From the NCBI GenBank assembly GCA_965217115.1, contig OZ244239.1:480001-544000 (forward strand): DNA of 64,000 bases, given 5' to 3'. Origin of the DNA: Bdellovibrionales bacterium. Lineage in GTDB: Bacteria > Bdellovibrionota > Bdellovibrionia > Bdellovibrionales > CAYMLA01. The notes under the pieces are model-generated. The model was not told the DNA's origin and searched no databases. It saw nothing but the letters and a program-made list of their open reading frames with translations. Numbering within the stretch: position 1 is the first letter of the stretch; every line of letters begins with the position of its first letter. A program made the position numbers and the translations under genes. Shown here piece by piece: positions 59,845-64,000 of this stretch.

Positions 59845-60078
59845 ATGTCTCCAGAGCAGATTGAGAATAAATTAAAAGAGAAATACGTAGATAGCGATAT
59901 CACTGTTTCCGATCTCACAGGAACCCAAGATCATTACCAAGTTGAGATTACATCTAATAGCTTTTCTGGTCTCACTCGTATCAAGCAACATCAACATGTC
60001 ATGGACACCTTTTCAACAGAACTCAAAAGCGGGGAAATTCACGCTTTATCCATTAAAACAAGGACTCAGCCATTATGA
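59845..60078 (+). CDS. bolA: BolA-family protein
   Basis: DHYQVEI.S..F.G..RIKQHQ, IHALSIKT. Paired with grxD. Confidence 0.88.
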   Translation: MSPEQIENKLKEKYVDSDITVSDLTGTQDHYQVEITSNSFSGLTRIKQHQHVMDTFSTELKSGEIHALSIKTRTQPL

Positions 60079-60392
60079 TAAGCACTGAACATAAAGAGCG
60101 TATTAAATCGATGATCACAAGCACTCCCGTTTTTTTATTTATGAAAGGGAACCCTCAATCTCCCCAATGCGGTTTTTCTGCACGCGCCGTAGCTATTTTG
60201 ATGAACTTGGGAGTTAAGTTTGAATCCTTTGATGTTTTAGAAGATGAAGGTATTCGTTCAGGAATCAAAGAGTTTTCCAATTGGCCCACAATCCCCCAAC
60301 TCTATCTAAATGGAAGTTTGGTCGGTGGTAGCGATATCATTATGGAAATGTATGAAAGTGGTGAACTTAAAGAACAGGTCGCCACTCTATAG
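60075..60392 (+). CDS. grxD: Monothiol glutaredoxin Grx4
   Basis: FMKG.P..PQCGFS, WPTIPQLY, GGSD. Confidence 0.95.
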   Translation: MISTEHKERIKSMITSTPVFLFMKGNPQSPQCGFSARAVAILMNLGVKFESFDVLEDEGIRSGIKEFSNWPTIPQLYLNGSLVGGSDIIMEMYESGELKEQVATL

Positions 60393-60481
60393 AGGCCATC
60401 CCCTTGTGTCTTGGTACTTTAAGTAGAAAAAAACTAGAAATTACCATTTTTTTAATTTGCTTCTAAAGGCAGAACTCTCTG

Positions 60482-60515
60482 AAAATAAAAACGGGTTGCT
60501 TTCTTAACAACCCGT
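60482..60515 (-). terminator. Possible intrinsic terminator between grxD and ampG
   Basis: ACGGGTTG/CAACCCGT stem with an A-rich 5' side. Confidence 0.5.
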
Positions 60516-60744
60516 CTCATAAGTTTATGCTATGTCGCCTCTCTATTTAAAACTCTTCTGACTAAGGCTTAAAACTCTTCTGAATAAGTTTATCTGTGGG
60601 TTTCTGCCGAATAAAATAACCATCTTAAAGAAAACGGCTCATCAGAAAAAAATTGGCTCCACTATTTATCATGAAGAATCTTTAAAAAGGGACTATTTAT
60701 TTTTAGCTTTTGGGGAAGCGGGGTTTTGTTTAGAGGCCAGCTTG

Positions 60745-62040
60745 TTATTTACGTCCCAATGTTCCAAATATTTTTTGGCTTCGAGCTAAAAAGAACAGCC
60801 CTGGAATAGCTAATAACGTTCCTAAAATATAAAAATGGAAATAGCCCACATGCTGGAAAGATTGTAAAACCAACGGTTGATTCCTAAAAAAGACAATCAC
60901 ATCTCCTGAAAAGCCAGCAAACATCGTCCGTCCCACTGAGGCTAAGCTCGCAAAGAGAGCATACTGAGTCGCTGTAAAACTCTTATTTGTAAGTAACCCC
61001 ATAAAGGCCACCAGAGCCGCTGTACCCATACCACTGGAAACATCTTCAAAAAACACGACTCCTGCAAAGTTCCACCTCGTTGGCGACAGTGCTAAAACTG
61101 CAAATAAAACTGTCGAAACAGCCTGCAAAATCCCCGAAACCCATAAAGCTCTATAGTGACCAAAGCGAAAGATCAGTCCACCGCCTAAAAACAAGCCCAA
61201 CAGTGTCGAAAAAAGTCCTAAGGTTGAAGCGATCTCACCGATATCTTTATTTGTAAAACCCACGTCAGAATAAAAAGGGCGGCTCATCGAACCTGCAAAA
61301 GAATCACCAAACTTATAAAAGAAAATAAACAGCAATATATAAAATGCATGGGAACGCTTAAAAAATTCCTTAAAGGGAACAAAAACACTTTCAGTCAAAG
61401 TCGTCAGTCTCGGTTGTTGATTTTCAGGTTCATCCGCCCATAATGTCGTGACTATACCCACCAACATAAAGCCAGCCATTAGCAAAAACATTTGATTAAA
61501 TGACCAATTCCAAGTTTCACTGTCTGTTATCCAAATACCAAATCCCGAAGCCACCCACATAGCCACACGATAACCATAAACCCCAAAAGAAGCCCCTATA
61601 CCCAGTTCATCCCTAGACAGAGCCTCATTACGATAAGCATCCACCGCCACATCTTGGGAGGCAGAAAAAAAACAAAGTAAAAATCCCATTAAAGCAATAT
61701 AACCCACTGAATCCTGAGGATTCCCAAAGCTTAACAATACAAACGACAACAGCAACAGTGCCTGAGTGATCAACAACCAACTCTTTCGACGACCCACCTT
61801 AAATGGGCTGAAACGATCAAATAGAAAAGCCCACAAAAAATTATATGAATAGGGAATCGCTATCCATGAGATATAACCAATGGTCGAAAGATCTACTCCA
61901 AACTTCTTTAGCCAGAGTTTGACACTTCCATAAACCACCATAATAGGTAAGCCACTTGAAAAGCCTAAGAGCAAGATAACCAACATTCTCTTCGTCTTTA
62001 AAAGACGCAACATTTCCATGAAACTAGGCTTCTGCGACAT
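60745..62040 (-). CDS. ampG: AmpG-like muropeptide MFS permease
   Basis: LGFSSGLP, GRRKSWL, SASQDVAVDAYR, TATQYALFASL. Confidence 0.88.
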   Translation of the reverse strand: MSQKPSFMEMLRLLKTKRMLVILLLGFSSGLPIMVVYGSVKLWLKKFGVDLSTIGYISWIAIPYSYNFLWAFLFDRFSPFKVGRRKSWLLITQALLLLSFVLLSFGNPQDSVGYIALMGFLLCFFSASQDVAVDAYRNEALSRDELGIGASFGVYGYRVAMWVASGFGIWITDSETWNWSFNQMFLLMAGFMLVGIVTTLWADEPENQQPRLTTLTESVFVPFKEFFKRSHAFYILLFIFFYKFGDSFAGSMSRPFYSDVGFTNKDIGEIASTLGLFSTLLGLFLGGGLIFRFGHYRALWVSGILQAVSTVLFAVLALSPTRWNFAGVVFFEDVSSGMGTAALVAFMGLLTNKSFTATQYALFASLASVGRTMFAGFSGDVIVFFRNQPLVLQSFQHVGYFHFYILGTLLAIPGLFFLARSQKIFGTLGRK

Positions 62041-62193
62041 AATATTCTCCCCTCAAATAAATATACCCCAAGAACAACCTTCTTACCTTAAAAAAAACAC
62101 GGCAAAGAGACTTGACGAGACAGCTCTACAAACTCTAGATTACCCACAAACCTTCGGTAAACTATTATTTACAAAGTCTCAGGAGTCAAAAAC

Positions 62194-62706
62194 ATGAATT
62201 TAACAAAGAAAATGCTCATTACTCTAACACTGATCCTCCCACTATCCTCATGGGCAAAAGTAGACCTTATCTACGACAGAAAAGGTGTTGCTATTGAAGG
62301 GTATGATGTTGTCTCCTACATTCAAGATAACAGAGCGCAAAAAGGTGACGGAAAAATTCAATCTACCTTTAAAGGCACCAAATACTATTTTTCCTCTCAA
62401 AACAACAAAAACAAGTTTGTAAAATCCCCTGAGAAATATCTTCCAGCTTACGGTGGATGGTGTGCCTGGGCCATGGCTGAATATGGCGATTTTGCTGAGA
62501 TCGATCCAGAATCATTTTTAGTCGTTACAACGACAAGTGGCCAAAAACAAACACTGCTCTTTTATAAGAGTTGGCGCAATAATACTCGCAAAAAATGGAC
62601 TCAAAAAATCAAAGGAAACACTGCCAAGACCACACTTAAAAAACAACTAGGCCTTATTAAAACCGCTAACAAAAACTGGGCTGCACATCTAATAAAAGCA
62701 GAGTAG
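62194..62706 (+). CDS. Secreted YHS-domain protein
   Basis: AIEGYDVVSY, YYFSS..NK..F...PEKYLPAYGGWCAWAM. Confidence 0.85.
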   Translation: MNLTKKMLITLTLILPLSSWAKVDLIYDRKGVAIEGYDVVSYIQDNRAQKGDGKIQSTFKGTKYYFSSQNNKNKFVKSPEKYLPAYGGWCAWAMAEYGDFAEIDPESFLVVTTTSGQKQTLLFYKSWRNNTRKKWTQKIKGNTAKTTLKKQLGLIKTANKNWAAHLIKAE

Positions 62707-62715
62707 CCTCACTGT

Positions 62716-63900
62716 ATGGAGTTTATTCAAGAATCTCAAAAACCTATCTATCTTGATTTACAAAGGGATCTGACAAAACTTATCAAGCAAGGTCACCCTT
62801 GGCTCTATCGTTCAGCGTTCAAGGATCTTCCTGAAACTCCTGCTGGCGCTATCGCCCTTATTAGATACAAAAACAAAGTCATTGCAACGGGCTACTACTC
62901 TCCCTCAAGTGCCCTTGCAGTTCGTGTGTGCACACAAGACGGGGTGCGTTTAGACGATAAATGGGCTCATCAACAATTAGAGCGAGCTTTAAAAAATCGT
63001 AAATCCTTTGAAGACTCCCAGACCAATGCCTTTCGTCTCATTAATGGTGAAGGAGATGGCCTCCCCGGTCTGACTTGTGACATTTATAACCAGCATGCTG
63101 TAGTACAATTAGACGGGCACGCTCCTGCTCATTTTTGGAATACAAAATCCATTGCTCAGTGGATAACTAAAAACCTCCCCATAATAAACGTCATTGAAAA
63201 AAATCGTGAGAGCCAGGATAAAAATCTCCCCCTCATCGGCACTCTTCCTGATAAGCCGATCTCCTTCACTGAACACGGTTTAAATTTCCAGGCTGACATT
63301 GTGAATGGTCAGAAAACAGGGTTTTTCTTAGATCAGAGGGAGAACAGACATCTTATTAAGCGGTTTTCAGAAGGGCGAAGTGTTCTGAATCTCTTCTCCT
63401 ACACGGGAGGCTTTTCGATTTATGCTGGTGCTGGAGGGGCTTCTGAAGTGACTTCCGTAGATATCGCCCGTCCTGCCACCTTAGAAGCTCAAGCCAATTG
63501 GCAACTCAATCAGCTCTCGGCAGAACATCATGCTCTGAGTGCCAATGTTTTCGATTTTCTTGACGAAAATAAAGGGCGGCAGACCTGGGATCTCGTTATT
63601 GTCGATCCCCCTTCTTTTGCCCCTTCGAATAAATCAACAGACAAGGCTCTACAAAGTTACAAAACGATTTTCACTAAAGCCATCAACGTCACCAGCGCAT
63701 CTGGCCTCATTGCTCTTAGCTCCTGCTCTAGTCATATCGATTTTCCTACATTCTTAGGCCTTTGCGAAAACGCTTTATCTACCGCCCACCGACGAGGCCA
63801 TGTCCTTTGCACACAAGGACAACCCCATGATCACCCTTTCCCCATTATTTTAAAAGAATACCGTTATCTCAAGTTTGTTCTTATCCAACTGACCAACTAA
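62716..63900 (+). CDS. RlmI-like class I SAM-dependent rRNA m5C methyltransferase
   Basis: GHPW, RLINGEGDGLPGL, GQKTGFFLDQR, LNLFSYTGGF, DPPSF. Confidence 0.85.
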   Translation: MEFIQESQKPIYLDLQRDLTKLIKQGHPWLYRSAFKDLPETPAGAIALIRYKNKVIATGYYSPSSALAVRVCTQDGVRLDDKWAHQQLERALKNRKSFEDSQTNAFRLINGEGDGLPGLTCDIYNQHAVVQLDGHAPAHFWNTKSIAQWITKNLPIINVIEKNRESQDKNLPLIGTLPDKPISFTEHGLNFQADIVNGQKTGFFLDQRENRHLIKRFSEGRSVLNLFSYTGGFSIYAGAGGASEVTSVDIARPATLEAQANWQLNQLSAEHHALSANVFDFLDENKGRQTWDLVIVDPPSFAPSNKSTDKALQSYKTIFTKAINVTSASGLIALSSCSSHIDFPTFLGLCENALSTAHRRGHVLCTQGQPHDHPFPIILKEYRYLKFVLIQLTN

Positions 63901-64000
63901 ATTTGTCTCTTGAGCGGCGGAGAAAAAACTAGACCTTGGTATAGTTTCCGCCTCCCCTCTGGAAAATTTGATAAAGTTTAAAATCAATGAATGTACCCTA

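Overview
This is a bacterial chromosomal window, most likely from a Bdellovibrionota-like organism. That is an inference from the RomR-like regulator, the TIGR04552-like protein, topoisomerase VI and the gene context. Most of it is housekeeping: icmF-crt-hbd, fadI/fadJ-type beta-oxidation, maeB, glnD, mutS, peptidoglycan recycling (ldcA, serine hydrolase, mpl, ampG), lolCD, prfB with its programmed frameshift, hutHU, rpe, fmt, def, lptG-like, nadC, birA, aconitase, top6AB, bolA-grxD and an RlmI-like methylase. Two accessory patches (about 86-2983 and 47239-54201) are built around a non-coding hairpin repeat family of about 170-250 nt, with 8 full copies, 1 truncated copy and 1 orphan flank. 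Its ~30-bp inverted arms differ between copies by compensatory changes. Its 57-58-nt core sits in either orientation relative to the flanks. Copies bracket secreted cargo: an ankyrin protein, an FG-GAP/VCBS protein and two tandem lipoprotein paralogues with hypervariable patches. They also bracket an Xre/RES toxin-antitoxin pair whose toxin appears frameshifted in an A9 tract. I found no transposase, integrase, CRISPR array, rRNA or tRNA in the window. All product calls come from motif recognition; no database search was run.
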